Of a DNA stretch of 64,000 nucleotides, positions 32,917-49,045 are shown one piece after another. This stretch comes from the human T2T-CHM13v2.0 reference genome, Homo sapiens: the NCBI RefSeq assembly GCF_009914755.1, contig NC_060932.1. One strand, 5' to 3'. How positions within the stretch are numbered: the first letter of the stretch is position 1; each line of letters opens with the position of its first letter. The notes under the pieces were generated by a model that saw only the letters and a program-made list of their open reading frames with translations, searched no databases and was not told where the DNA came from. A program made the position numbers and the translations under genes.

Positions 32917-34061
32917 GTGGGCCCGGGGGGCTGGGGAGGAGGCACAGAGGGTCCGTCGGGTGTTGTAGAGGCGAGGCCGTTGCTCACAGACCTTCATTGC
33001 GAGCTCAGGAGGTGCAAAACGCCCCGCCCACGTGGAGTTGACAGTTAAGTGGAGAGGTGAAGGTGGTCAGGCGAATACCTATAATAGAGGCAGATTGGAC
33101 AGTGCCCTGTGAATATCACGTGTCGTTAGCCTGGCGAATGAGAGCACATTATAGCAGAGAGATCCGACTTCGAATCTTGATCCCAGTTCTACCAGCTCTG
33201 TGATTTCTGTCAAGTTATTTAGCCTCTCTGAGCCTCGGATTCCTCATTTGTAAAATAAAGATGATAACTGCTTAGAAGATTGCTGTAAGCTCAAACGAGT
33301 ATAGTGTACTAGAGCATTTTTCGGTATCCAAAGTGTACCCGTCCTCAAATGGTTGCTGTCATTTGCATAGCTTTTCTTAGTTTAAACCAAAACTCTGCAA
33401 GCCTCACAGTGAACCTGTGAGTTACCATCTTTGATGTCCAGGGCAAAAAGTCAGTACTTGAGATTAAGGAATCTGCCCAAGCACATTTGTTTATTCAACT
33501 CGCTTTATTAAGTACCTCCTATATGCCACATACTGCTCCCTCATGGCCAGTAAAGTGCATAAGTCAGTCTGCAGTGTGTGTTTTCACTCTAGGTCTGATG
33601 TTTCCCCACTTCATTGAAATGTGGGAACACTTAGGATGGAAGCTTGTCGGGATGAAGAGGAGAGAGGAGAGAATTGTGACAGATTTCAGATAACATTTGA
33701 GCCCATTCACTTGTTCAGTTCTGAGAGGAAGAACTATTTTGAATGACAGAAAAGAATGACGCTTCTTGTTGTGGAGACCTCTTCACACGAAATGGAGTTA
33801 TGAAATGCCTGGGAAAGAGGTTGCAGCACAGAATATATTTGGGAGTGAAACTAGGAAGAAGGCAAATTGAGGCTAGGCCATGAAGAACTATTAAGAAATT
33901 TAGTAGTTTTTTCATTGTAGAATATTTACTTTTAAAAAGCAAAAAAAGAAAATTAAAATGACTCATAATACCACTACTCACGAATAATCACTGTTAACAT
34001 GTGCAGTGTCATCCATCCAGTTCTTTATACACACTCACACAAGCACAAGAATGGACTTTTA

Positions 34062-34180
34062 AGCCAGGCAAGGTGGCTCACACTTGTAATCCTAGTAGCT
34101 ACACAGGAGGCTGAGACAGGAGGGTTGCCTGAGTCTAGGAGTTTGAGGTGAGCCTGAGCAACGTAGGAAACCCCCATCTC
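34062..34180 (+). mobile_element. Alu monomer (FLAM-like)
   Basis: Single Alu arm. Confidence 0.7.
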
Positions 34181-34793
34181 TAACTACAGCCATAACAAAG
34201 TATGGGCTTTTTCTGTGTATACTGTGTTAATAGTCTCCTTTTCCTCACATACGATTACTTAATGAACAGCTATCTGTATTTGTTCAGAATTTCTCAAGCA
34301 GGGTCTCGGCTGGGTTACAGATACCCCCAAAGTTTTGATCCCCTTAGTCTTTAGGGCTGTCTAACAAATCCTTCAGTAGTCTTTGCTCCTGAATTGATTG
34401 CTTTTGTCTACAAGCAATTTGTCCATATACTCCTGTGTGCCATAGAAATATTAACATTTTAAATATAGTGCTATGATATTAAAAAGGTTGAGAAGTGCCA
34501 CATAAAATTATATTCTACAGCAATTTTTCTAACAAATTTATTTTAACTCTGGAATTTTTCAGACAACTCAAAGGTAGAATAATATAATGAAACCTCTCTC
34601 CAGCTTTTGCAGTTATTAACATGGCCAATCTTGTTGAATCCCTCACCTCTCCTTACTGATGGGTTGCTTTGGAGCATATTATTTATCACTTCTTTGGCAT
34701 GTATCTTGAAAAGATAAAGAAGGCTTTTAAAAATCAGTATTCAAACTAAATACATATATTACATTTGATTTATATGTCACTTAAGTTTTTTAA

Positions 34794-35088
<295 letters not shown>

Positions 35089-36316
35089 AGTTTTTAAAAA
35101 TTTTGGCAGTTTCCCCTCCCTTTAAATTTTGCAATTTATGTTTTTAAGAAATCAGGTCATTCGTTTTTCAGTGGAATATATTTCTTGGCCACTAGTAGTT
35201 AGGTCTCTACAGAGTTTACTGATATTCAGGTTTGAAGATGTGTGGAGTTAATTGATGAAGTAGAACAGCAGAATGTTATCAGGCCTGGGTTTTATTTTAG
35301 AAAAGATAACTGCAGTGATGTGAAGGGTAAATTGGAGAAACAAGAGAGCAAAGGCATGAATCTGTTTTGCGGTTGTTTAATCAAGAAGTAAGGGGAGCCT
35401 AAACCTGGGAGAGGAAAGGCAGGAACCCAAGGGTTCTCCAAAGAAACGCTACGTTACTGAGATAGATAGGTTGAGCAGCTGATGGCATAGGAGTATGGGT
35501 GAAGAAGGGCAGGAAGGTCAAATGTGATTTCTGATTTCTATCTAGGGTGTCTGGGAAAATAGTAATTTCAAAGAGATAGCAAGTCTTGGAGGATAAATTT
35601 GGATACAGGAAAGTGGTTTGATCTTAGACATGGTGAATTTGAAGAGTTGATAGCAGGACATCCACAGGCTGGCAGTACTCAAAATAGAGGTCAAGTCTAA
35701 TGACTAAAGCAAGCAAAATCTTCTTGAAACAGAAAGATGATAAAGGAGATGAAGCAAGAAAGAATCTGGCAAATGCTGGCTAGGGTTGAGGAACTCTTAT
35801 GACTAAATGTTTTTTTAAAAACAACTTGATGATGTGAGAAGTTTTACTGTTCTGAATTGAAAATGTTTTGAAAGTATACCAATTTGTACTTGAAGCAGAA
35901 GCTTATTACGCTATGGTTGGGACAAGGGAGCTGTTGTCAAACTGCAAGTCTCGGTACCACTTGCTAGTTACTTGAACTTTGGCATGTTACTTGAAATCTC
36001 AGAATGGGGTGCTCTAAAATAAGGATAATTTCAAGGTAAGCGACCTAACTTCATAGGGTTACTTTGAGATTAATCAAGAATTTATGTAAAGAGCAATTTG
36101 CATACTACATGGAACATAATAAGTGCTCAGTTAATTTTAACTGTTGTTCTTCCTACTTGGTAAATGCATTTTTCAAGTGATCTTTTAAAGTAAATGGTTA
36201 CCAGATGACAAATTTAGATTGTAACAGCATAGTTTTATTTTAAGAAAAAATCGACTATTGTTTTTTACACTTTATGTAAACAAGTGAAATGTATCTGCTA
36301 TAATTTTTCTTTTCAG

Positions 36317-36491
36317 ATGTGTGTTAAAAGAGCTAGAAACATTGGGAAAGGACTTATATGGGGCAAAACTGATTGCACAAAAATGCCAAGTTCGAAATTG
36401 TCCTCATTTCAAGAATGCAGTGAGTGGATCAGAATGTCTGCTTTCCATGGTTGAAGAGGGAAATCCTCATCATTATTTTGTGGCAACACAG
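36317..36491 (+). CDS. UTP23: UTP23 coding exon 2
   Basis: Acceptor tttcttttcag|A; encodes (R)CVLKELETLGKDLYGAKLIAQKCQVRNCPHFKNAVSGSECLLSMVEEGNPHHYFVATQ; donor CAG|GTGATA. 175 nt keeps the frame (188+175=363). Confidence 0.97.
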
Positions 36492-36734
36492 GTGATACTA
36501 CTTTTAAAACCACAGGCAATTTTCACCATTTCTATTTATACTTCATATGGAGCTATTTATAATCAGAAAAAAGTTAGAATGATTAGACTTTTAAAAATAC
36601 AGGCTTCTAAGTTAATTTGCAGTCAGTAAAAGCAATTGTCATTTGAGAATTTGAGGAAAACTTTAAGCATGTTGATATTCTTTTTAGTAGTGGAAGGTTG
36701 GGTTTTGTTTTTTTTAATGATTCCTTTGTTTTGC

Positions 36735-36869
36735 TTTTTTTGTTTGTTTCTTGAGACTTGAGGGTCTCACTATATTGCCTAGGCTGGTCTCGAACCCCTA
36801 GGCTAAAGTGATCCTTCCACCTCAGCTCCTGAGTACCTGGGATTACAGGTGTTTGCCATCATGCTGGAC
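36735..36869 (-). mobile_element. Alu monomer fragment in UTP23 intron 2
   Basis: Reverse single arm. Confidence 0.7.
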
Positions 36870-37580
36870 ACTGGCAGAAGTTTCTTTTTTTAAAACAAGA
36901 AATTGTTGACATGAGATGTGATGATTTGTTGTAGGGTTCTTGAAGGGAAGATAAGTAGAGCAAAGTGCCTGTATTCTGTTAATTTTTTTCATGTTCCTGT
37001 ATTTCATACTGTTTCTCAAAGTCATGGTTCATACTGCTTAAGACTGTACCAACAGTATGAAATATTTCAGGCTTTTGAAGAAAAATATTCCCATCTTCTT
37101 GAAGGCAGGAGAAGAGAGACTTTTGGGGGTGATATTAAGTTCACATACATACAGATTTGATTATCAGAATTATAAAATTACACAGAGGTAGAGCTGAATT
37201 TAGAATCTGAGTAGCTAATTACTACCCAGTTTCTTTTCCTTTAACCTCTTTAAGCATTCTTGACCCTTTCCAAAGAATATCTTAGAGTGGAAACAGGAGA
37301 AACCCACCTAACACATTTACCTTTGCATTAGTTTGTAATTTGTGGCTCTAGAGTATCGATAAATCCGGTTCACACAGCTGCTACTAACACTGTGCTCAGT
37401 TTTTATGTTTTTCTTCCTTTATCATGAAATATACCCCCATTACTCAAATGAATAAGTGAGGCTTACTCATTTGAAAAATAAAATCTGTGATCTCTTTTAT
37501 TTTTAATACAGTTCTTGAAAACCTATTTAAGGTACCTTAATTGACATTTGAACTAAATAATTCTGTTTTCTTTTAAATAG

Positions 37581-37967
37581 GATCAGAATTTGTCTGTGAA
37601 AGTAAAAAAGAAGCCTGGAGTTCCTCTCATGTTTATTATTCAGAACACTATGGTTTTGGACAAACCTTCTCCCAAAACAATTGCCTTTGTAAAAGCAGTG
37701 GAGTCAGGTCAGCTTGTCTCAGTGCATGAGAAAGAAAGTATCAAACATCTCAAAGAGGAACAGGGTTTAGTGAAAAACACTGAACAGAGTAGAAGAAAAA
37801 AGCGCAAGAAAATAAGTGGTCCCAATCCTCTTAGTTGTTTGAAGAAAAAGAAAAAGGCACCGGACACACAATCATCTGCTTCTGAAAAGAAAAGAAAAAG
37901 AAAAAGAATTCGGAACAGATCTAACCCAAAAGTACTTTCTGAGAAGCAGAATGCAGAAGGAGAATGA
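37581..37967 (+). CDS. UTP23: UTP23 coding exon 3 (lysine-rich basic C-terminus)
   Basis: Acceptor ttttaaatag|GAT; DQNLSVKVKKKPGVPLMFI...GPNPLSCLKKKKK...NAEGE-TGA. Total CDS 750 nt = 249 aa. Confidence 0.97.
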   Translation, partial: DQNLSVKVKKKPGVPLMFIIQNTMVLDKPSPKTIAFVKAVESGQLVSVHEKESIKHLKEEQGLVKNTEQSRRKKRKKISGPNPLSCLKKKKKAPDTQSSASEKKRKRKRIRNRSNPKVLSEKQNAEGE

Positions 37968-38109
37968 ATCCTTTGGATACTTTCAAGGACATTCAAATGT
38001 GAAAATGAATTTTTTACAACTAGAAGTATTTATAATAAAAGACCAAACTTATTTTTGTAAATGAACCCATATGCTTTAGCTAAAATTAATTATAAAATAA
38101 AAACAGTGA

Positions 38110-38312
38110 CCAGTCTAGCCAGCATGGCAAAACCCCATCTCTACTAAAATACAAAAATTAGCTGGGCATGATGGTGCACAGTTGTAATTCCAGCTACTCA
38201 GGAGGCTGAGGCATGAGAATCGCTTGAACCTGGGAGGCAGAGATTGCAGTGAGCCCAGTTCGTGTCACTTCACTCCAGCCTGGGCAACAGAGTGAGAACA
38301 TGTCTCAAAAAA
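38110..38312 (+). mobile_element. 5'-truncated Alu in the UTP23 3'UTR
   Basis: 16-bp TSD AAAATAAAAACAGTGA at 38094-38109 and 38313-38328. Confidence 0.9.
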
Positions 38313-39653
38313 AAAATAAAAACAGTGAATGGGTGTAGGTGTGATGGAATTCACTTTACTTACTAAATGGTTTCGGGAGGTTGTTTCTCCAGGTAAAATT
38401 GTCGCCTCTCTGGTCCCATTCCCACCTTCAAACATTATATGCAAACAGTTTTAAAAAATCTTACAGTTCTAAAAGGCTTGTGACAAAAAAAGAGGCAGTC
38501 CCTCTTTCACATTGACAGAAGAAACTTCCTCTTTCAATTCTAGTAGTTGAAGAATTTATATTTCCAAATTGTATGATTATACCGCTACTTTTTGATACAT
38601 CAATTATTTATTGACTTCCTACTAGAAAGAGTGAAATTTTGCCCATTTATACTGCACCATTTTTCCAGTATATGAATATTTTACTCTTTGTACATCAGAA
38701 ACTCAGTATTTTCATTATTATGACTAGAGTTTTTTTGTTTGTTTGTTTGAGTTCTACTTGTCCAATAAGGATGATGATTTTCTTTTAGATGTAAATGTTA
38801 ACTTCAATAGCAAGAATTCAAAAATAATATTCTCTTTGAGATTGACTGTGAATGTTATTGAAAAGTGTCTAAATTAGTCTGAGGATCAATGAGGGTCAAT
38901 TCAGTTAGGAATTGAATAATGAAACGTGTCTCTCTGAATTCCCCCGGCAATTGTTTTAGTCATTTATCAGGCCAAAATTAAAATGTTTTTGTACTACAAG
39001 ATGGAAGTATAAAATTATTGGACAAGTGAAATCGTATCAGTAGTTCCTGACTGACAGCTTCTGGAGCCACACTAGAGCAGTGATTCTCAGTCTAACATTA
39101 GGTTATCATGATGACGTATGAGTAAATTCTTAATGGTTAAATGTGAGACAGTTCACATTTATTCCCATAGAAATGTCATTCTCATTTGAATTCAGAGATA
39201 CTTCTTTGCTGGAAGTTGGAATTATAGCTTTACACCAAGGAGTGACACGTAGACTAATCTGGCAAGCCAAGGTAGTGTTTGGATTGCAATGTCATGATTC
39301 TATTTTAAATTCTTGATGGTAGAAACATTTTTAATAAGGAAGGTAAAAATACTGGAAAAAAGTGAATAGTGTAGGTTTTGTGAGGAAAGTTAACATTTGT
39401 CAATGACAAGCATTAAGGCCACCTAATAAAGTGTAGACAAAGTGATAAATGAAATATACACTGATGATACTCATTTCAATATGCTAAAATACATTAAATT
39501 TAGGTATTACTCTTAATCTATTTCTACTTAGTCAGTGCTATCTGATTACCTGTTAATAGCATCTGAACTGGAGAGCTGGAAAAATCCACTTTTTTATGAA
39601 GCAGTAATTATAGAAGTACTAAAAATTACAATGTATTAGTAAGTTTAATATTT

Positions 39654-39963
<310 letters not shown>

Positions 39964-39973
39964 TTAAAACTGG

Positions 39974-40081
39974 TTAATCATTTATGTATTTTGCCAGTAA
40001 AATTACTTTAAAAGATATTTTAACAAAAGTCTCATATCCTTGTACTTCAGTTTTTTTGTGTGTGAATACTATCCCTATACC
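39974..40081 (+). repeat. ~110-bp dispersed duplication, copy A
   Basis: ATGTATTTTGCC.GTAAAATTA...AAAAGATATTTTAACAAAAGTCTCAT.TCCTTGTACTTCAGTTTTT...TGTGAATACTATCCC.ATACC recurs at 40759-40882. Confidence 0.9.
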
Positions 40082-40758
40082 ACTACCCCTAAAACCTCAG
40101 AATTATTTGCTTTATTTTTTCATACAACTTGGGGAAGGGAACCATGGGAGTATGCACATGGGATCATAATCCATTCTGTGGTTTGGAAAAAGAAAATGTT
40201 AACCTCTGCTTTAGAGGGTAGCTACTAGCTTTGTTGGGGATAAAAGTGTAATACATGCACTTTTGAACTCTGAAAGTTTGCCAATCTGAAAAGGGGTGTT
40301 TCTGAAGACCACTATCTTTTACGAACACTTAAAAATAAGTGTTTGCAGTTGTGTATGGGCACGATACTGTATTCTTTACATTTTTATGGCCCTACAGCTA
40401 CTTCTTATCCCTGCAAGTATATAAATTAAAACCAAGTCACTTTAGAACAGCTTTGAAACTAGAGTTTCAAAGGTAAAAGGATCTCATGTTTCTGAATCTG
40501 CGTAAAGCAAGATGGCTGTGATTTGACAGGTTTAATTGCTAGGTTTTATAGGTGGATAGAAATGAATAGTTTGGAGTCTTTAAAATGTTTTAAAAAATGT
40601 TTGCTTACTATCTATATATATGACATTATTCCCAATTAGTTTTATATCTCCAAGATATATATATGTATATAGGTATATACACATATGTATATATACATAG
40701 TCTATATATTCTATATAAGAATATATTCCAATAAGAATATATTCCATACGGGAATATA

Positions 40759-40882
40759 TTAGTCATTGATGTATTTTGCCGGTAAAATTAAAAGATATTT
40801 TAACAAAAGTCTCATCTCCTTGTACTTCAGTTTTTGTTTTTTTTTGTTTTTGTTTTTGTTTTGTGAATACTATCCCCATACC
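40759..40882 (+). repeat. ~110-bp dispersed duplication, copy B, inside an AT-rich degenerate tandem array (~40610-40995)
   Basis: Matches copy A with a few substitutions and indels; flanked by 21-bp direct repeats. Confidence 0.9.
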
Positions 40883-41057
40883 TATATTCCATACAGGAAT
40901 ATAGTCTATATATTCCATATAAGGATATATTCTATATATTCCATTTAATATATTCTATAAAAATATATATTCCATATAAGAATATAGAATGTATAATACA
41001 CGAATTTGTACTGAGTAGAATGTGTCAATACATATTTGTTGAATGAATGAAAATGAA

Positions 41058-41356
41058 GGCCAAGTGTGGTGGCTTATGTCTGTAATCCCAACATTTTGGT
41101 AGGCCAAGGTAGTAGGATCACTTGAGCACAGGAGTTTGAGACCAGCCTTGGCAACATAGGGAGATCTCATCTCTACAAATAATCGAAAAATTGCCAGGTG
41201 TGGTGGCATGTGCCTGTGGTCCTAACTACATGGGAGGGTGAGGTGGGAGGATCACTTGAGCATGGGAGGTTGACATTGTAGTGAGTCTTGATCATGTCAC
41301 TGCACTACAGCCTGGGCGACAGAGCAAGACCCTGTCTCAACAAACCAACAAAAAAG
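41058..41356 (+). mobile_element. AluJ-like
   Basis: Diverged Alu dimer. Confidence 0.85.
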
Positions 41357-41369
41357 TAAATGAAATAAG

Positions 41370-42770
<1,401 letters not shown>

Positions 42771-42782
42771 TGAAAGAGGGAG

Positions 42783-43077
42783 GGCCAGGTGCAGTGGCTC
42801 TCTCCTGTAATCCTAGCACTTTGGGAGGCTGAGGCAGGAAGATCACTTGAGGCCAGGAGTTTGAGACCAGCCTGGGTAACATGGCAAAAACCCTGTCTCT
42901 ACATTTTTTTTTTTAATTAGCCAGGCACTGTAGCATGCACCTGTAGTCCTAGCTAGTCAGGAGGCTGAGGCAGGAGGTTCTCTTGAAACCAGGAGTTGGA
43001 GGCTACAGTGAGCTATGATGACACCACTACACTCCAACCTGGGCAACAGAATGAGTCCCCATCTCCTAAAAAAAAAG
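42783..43077 (+). mobile_element. AluJ-like
   Basis: Diverged Alu dimer. Confidence 0.85.
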
Positions 43078-43208
43078 AAGGAAACAGATTGTTCATTGTT
43101 GTATGAAAGTTTAAATATATGTATAGAAAAATATAAATATATGTATAGAAAGTTTAAATATATGTATAGAAGGGTGCATATGGATGCAGTGTAGGCAAAG
43201 GGGTGGGT

Positions 43209-43902
43209 TGGGCCAGTTCCAAGCTCACCTTTCTATATTCTACATTGTGATGCTGGAGCTGGAACTCTGCAACGTGCAATTTTCCAGTGACAGGTACTTT
43301 TTGTTGGGTTCTGCCAATAATGGGCTCTAGAGGCAGGATCTGGAAGGTTAGTGGGAGAGGAAAAGACTGAATTCCTCCTGTTGCTTCCTGTGAGCTTACT
43401 GCTTTTAGCTTTTGTGAATATCATTTCTTCCCTTCTAGCAGCAGCAATTTCTCATCCAAGTAGGCTTCAGATCAAGTTTGCAACATTTGCAGAACCTGCT
43501 ATATTGCTTCAACCCACCTCCCTCCCATCAGAGAACCAGATACCAGCACTAGCTGGCTGGAGCCCACTCTTCTGAGATTTGTCTGGGTACTTGGCCCTGC
43601 CTCTAAGCTGAGAGACATCAGCACCTGTGGATTAAAGCCTAGCTTCTCAGAGGTTTCAGCTCCATAGGGATCCTTTTTCAAGCTTTTAAATTTTAAGAAT
43701 TCTAACCCTTTCCTTTTGTCCCCCTTGACTTAGGGACAGAAACTGCTTCCTCCAGTTACTACCTCCAGAATCCTGAGTTCACTTTTTAGCTATTTAATTA
43801 TCTGGTTAATAACTTTATACCTAATTAATATTGTTTATATTAAATGTTCTCTGTTTACATTACTGCTGTGTTTTTTCTCTTAACTAGACCCTGATGGACT
43901 AC
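43209..43902 (+). mobile_element. ERVL LTR (LTR33-like)
   Basis: Follows a purine tract; contains GGTTCTGCCAAT...GAGGCAGGA and ATTAAATGTTCTCTGTTT; ends near GACTACA. Confidence 0.5.
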
Positions 43903-44109
43903 AATAATTTTGCTTGGCCAGCCTTGCTTCTTGTGTCCATTCTGGAGCTAGAGGAAGAGATCACCTCTACCTAAATTAGATAGACTGAGATTGAATAAGG
44001 CATAGTCTACTAAAGCAAAAATATAAGGTCCTATTACCAAGACAGGAAAGGAGGTATCAGAAAAAAATCATATCTAAGCACTAAGTTTATCTTTAAACTT
44101 GGGAAGTTG

Positions 44110-45365
<1,256 letters not shown>

Positions 45366-46616
45366 AAAAAGTGTTGTACACACAGTAGGCATACAATACC
45401 TTCTTATTCATGAATTAGTCAAGAAACCAAGTGGATTGAACAAATTATACCTCTGCACTTTAGGTGTATTTAGTGGTAGGTAAAGAAGAAAAGCAAATAT
45501 ATCCAATTGTTTCCAGTTTCCTTAAAGGGGGAAAAAAACAAAATTTACTGACAAGCTATTTGGGTGCTAATATTTTATTTCTTTTTCTCCTATGAATTAA
45601 TCTCAAGTGGATCTCTGCCAGCTTACTAATGCTCACTGTCCACCACCTCATGCAGTCAGAAAGATGCCATCTGTTCTCTTCAGCTGCCAAAGTGTCACAG
45701 GTTACCCACAGGTACTAAATGCTGAAAAGATAAATCTTCCAGATGCTCATCATTTTGCCCAACTATTTTACAATGATATTTTGTTTAACTTTATATGAAA
45801 ATGATAATCCCTATGTGATGAAATATTTTGATCTCCAAAATTGAATTAGCAAACAAATCTTTTATGTGCTGAGCAACATGAACATGGTGCAGTTTAGCTA
45901 TCGGAAGTAATAGCATTCATACTGGGACTTACTTAGTTTTCTGCATTCAGAAAGAGCAGGGCATGAAAGGAATGTCATTGAAGTTTAGAATACCCATGTT
46001 TGCTATTAGCATGTGCTCTCCCCATCCGAGGCCCCTGAGAATGGTGGTAAAGCCAGGTAGCTAGTCAGGTAGGCAGCAGCCCTGATTTCGACAGCTCTGG
46101 GTTTTTCTCTCTCATCATCATTCCCTGAAACCGTACATTTTGACACTTAGAACTGTAACTAGGATTTTCTTTGGTTAAAGTTCAAAGACATTATTTTATT
46201 CCACTCTTGTTTTCCAGTAGTGCTTGATGTCATTTCTGGCACCTAAGTGCTTAATAAATGTTGAATAAATGAGTAAATGAATAAATGAACAAATTGAATT
46301 GAAGTAAATAAAGTATATTATTATCACCTGTTTCATAGGGTCTCCAGCCTTCCTGATTCATGACTGTCAGTATCACAGACATGTTCTCACTCTTTCTTTT
46401 ATGTATGACAAAACAGGAGCTATGTAACTTTTCTTGTCAATACAGCACAGGTATTGCTCAAAGCTTTATGCCTGGAATGCTTGTACATTTGGAAATAATC
46501 AGCAGTTAGAGAAAAGAATCTTACATTGTGGTCAAAAGGAAGAAATAGTTAGAAATCTATTGTTGGCAAATATGTATTTTTTTTATAAATATGTATCTTA
46601 ACTGAAATATTACTAA

Positions 46617-47018
<402 letters not shown>

Positions 47019-47947
47019 CTCATCACTCTATTTTAATGGATTATTTTGATTGGGAGTATTCTGAATATGTGTGTGGGTGTGTACACACTGTTGCACATAA
47101 AACACCTATTATTTTTTAGAACAAGTGTAATTAATAGTGCAAGACTGCCTGCTGCCCCTCACCTTCTAGCAATCCTAAAGCTGTTTCCCAGAGATCATTG
47201 CTAATTTCAAGAGGACAGAGACATACTCTTTCATTTCTCTCTCCGTCAACCAAAAAAAGCTGATGATAAGAGAGCCATCATATGACCAGTGTCTGACTCG
47301 GTGTCCTCCCTACTGGGTCATTATCCTTTGTACTGACATCTACTCTGTACTGGCTTCCTGGAAGACACCTAACCATCCTCCATTATTTCTCACTGCAATG
47401 ACGAAGTACTGTAACCTTTCTGGAAATAATGGCCTATCATTATGCATCTGGTCCCTACCATGCTCTGGCTAAACATACCCAGGACCTTCTGAAAAAAAGA
47501 AATCTGAAAAAGAAAAAGGAAGTCAGAAATAGGTATATGTACAATCAGTGTGAGAAGCAGAATGCTGTGAGACAATGATTCTCAGCTCTTACTGTGCACC
47601 AGGATCATGGGGAACAGTAATAAAACTAATAGATATCCAACTCCAACCTGAGAGAATTAGATCCCTTTAGTCTGAGATGGGTCCAGCCATTTGTGTAATG
47701 TAAATGTCCTCCAGGTGTTTCTAATGTGCAGGTTGGTTGAGAATCTCTGGTGTAGGAAAGAACTTGAGTTTGAGAGTCAGGTAATTTCAGGTTCAAATAA
47801 TCAACTTGGGCCTCTCCTTTTCAGTTTTCTAATAGGTAAACTAGGGTTGATAGGGGTGTAAATAATTATAGTGTCTGTCACCTGATACATGGTCAATAAA
47901 TAGTTTCCAGGTTAAAGTGGATTACTATGCAGCCATTAAAACTTTTG

Positions 47948-48200
47948 GTGGGTAGATCACCTGAGGTCAGGAGTTCAAGACCAGACTGACTAAAATGGTG
48001 AAACCCTGTCTCTACTAAAAATACAAAATTAGCTGGGAGTGGTGGTGGGTGCCTGTAATCCCAGCTACTAGGGAGGCTGAGGCAGGAGAATCACTGAACC
48101 GGGGAGGCAGAGGTTGAAGTGAGCCGAGATCACACCACTGCACTCTAGCCTGGGCCACAGACTGAGACTCCATCTCAAAAACAAACAAAAAAACAAAAAA
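47948..48200 (+). mobile_element. 5'-truncated AluS
   Basis: Starts at GGTGGGTAGATCACC. Confidence 0.85.
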
Positions 48201-48204
48201 AGGG

Positions 48205-49045
48205 ATGTATTGTCTCACAGTTCTGGAGGCTGGAAGTCTGAAATCGAGGTGTTGGCAGAGCCAGGTTCCCTCTGAAACCTGCAGGGCAGAATCAATCCTT
48301 CTCTGCCCCTTCCTTGCTTCTGGCAGTTGCTGGCAATCCTTAGCCTTAAGGAAGGCCTCCTGCTGCAGCACTGCCACCTCCACGTCTGCAGTCACAGGGC
48401 GCTGTCCTCACCTGTGTCTATGTCTCTGCATCTCTTTTCCTCTTTTTTTTCCTTTAAATATTTATTTATTTATTTATTTTAGCTATCTCCTACTAGAAGG
48501 ATTTTGTTGTTTTTTATTTTCTTTTTAGTTTCCTTTTAGTTTCTTTTCCTCTTCTTATAAGGACATCAGTCATATTGGGTTACAGGCCCATCCTACTCCA
48601 GTGTGACCTCATTCCCAACTTTAGTTACATCTGAAACGACCCTACTTTCTTTTCTTTTTTTTTTTTTTTTTTTTTTGAGATGGAGTCTCACTTTGTTGCC
48701 CCAGGCTGGAGTGCAGTGACACCATCCCGGCTCACAGCAACCTCCACCTCCTGGATTCAGTGATTCTCCTTCCTCAGCCTCCCTAGTAGCTGGGATTACA
48801 GGCACCCACCACCATGACCGGCTAATTTTGTATTTTTAGTAGAAACGGGGTTTCACCATTTTAGCCAGGCTGGTCTCGAACTCCTGACCTCAGGTGATGC
48901 ACCCGCCTTGGCCTCCCGAAGTGCTGGGATTACAGGCTTGAGCCACTGCGCCCGGCCCCTACTTTCAAATAATGTCACATTCCTAGGTACTGGCAGTTAG
49001 AACTTCAACAAATCTCTTTAAGGAACATGATTCAACCCACCACAG
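48205..49045 (-). mobile_element. MLT1 (MaLR) LTR with a nested reverse AluS (48647-48957)
   Basis: TCTCACAGTTCTGGAGGCTGGAAGTC...ATTCAACCCAC; Alu TSD CCTACTTTC. Confidence 0.75.

Noticed and set aside
36492-36629. ORF continuing past UTP23 exon 2
   Set aside because: Intron read-through; splicing to exon 3 gives the coherent 249-aa protein.
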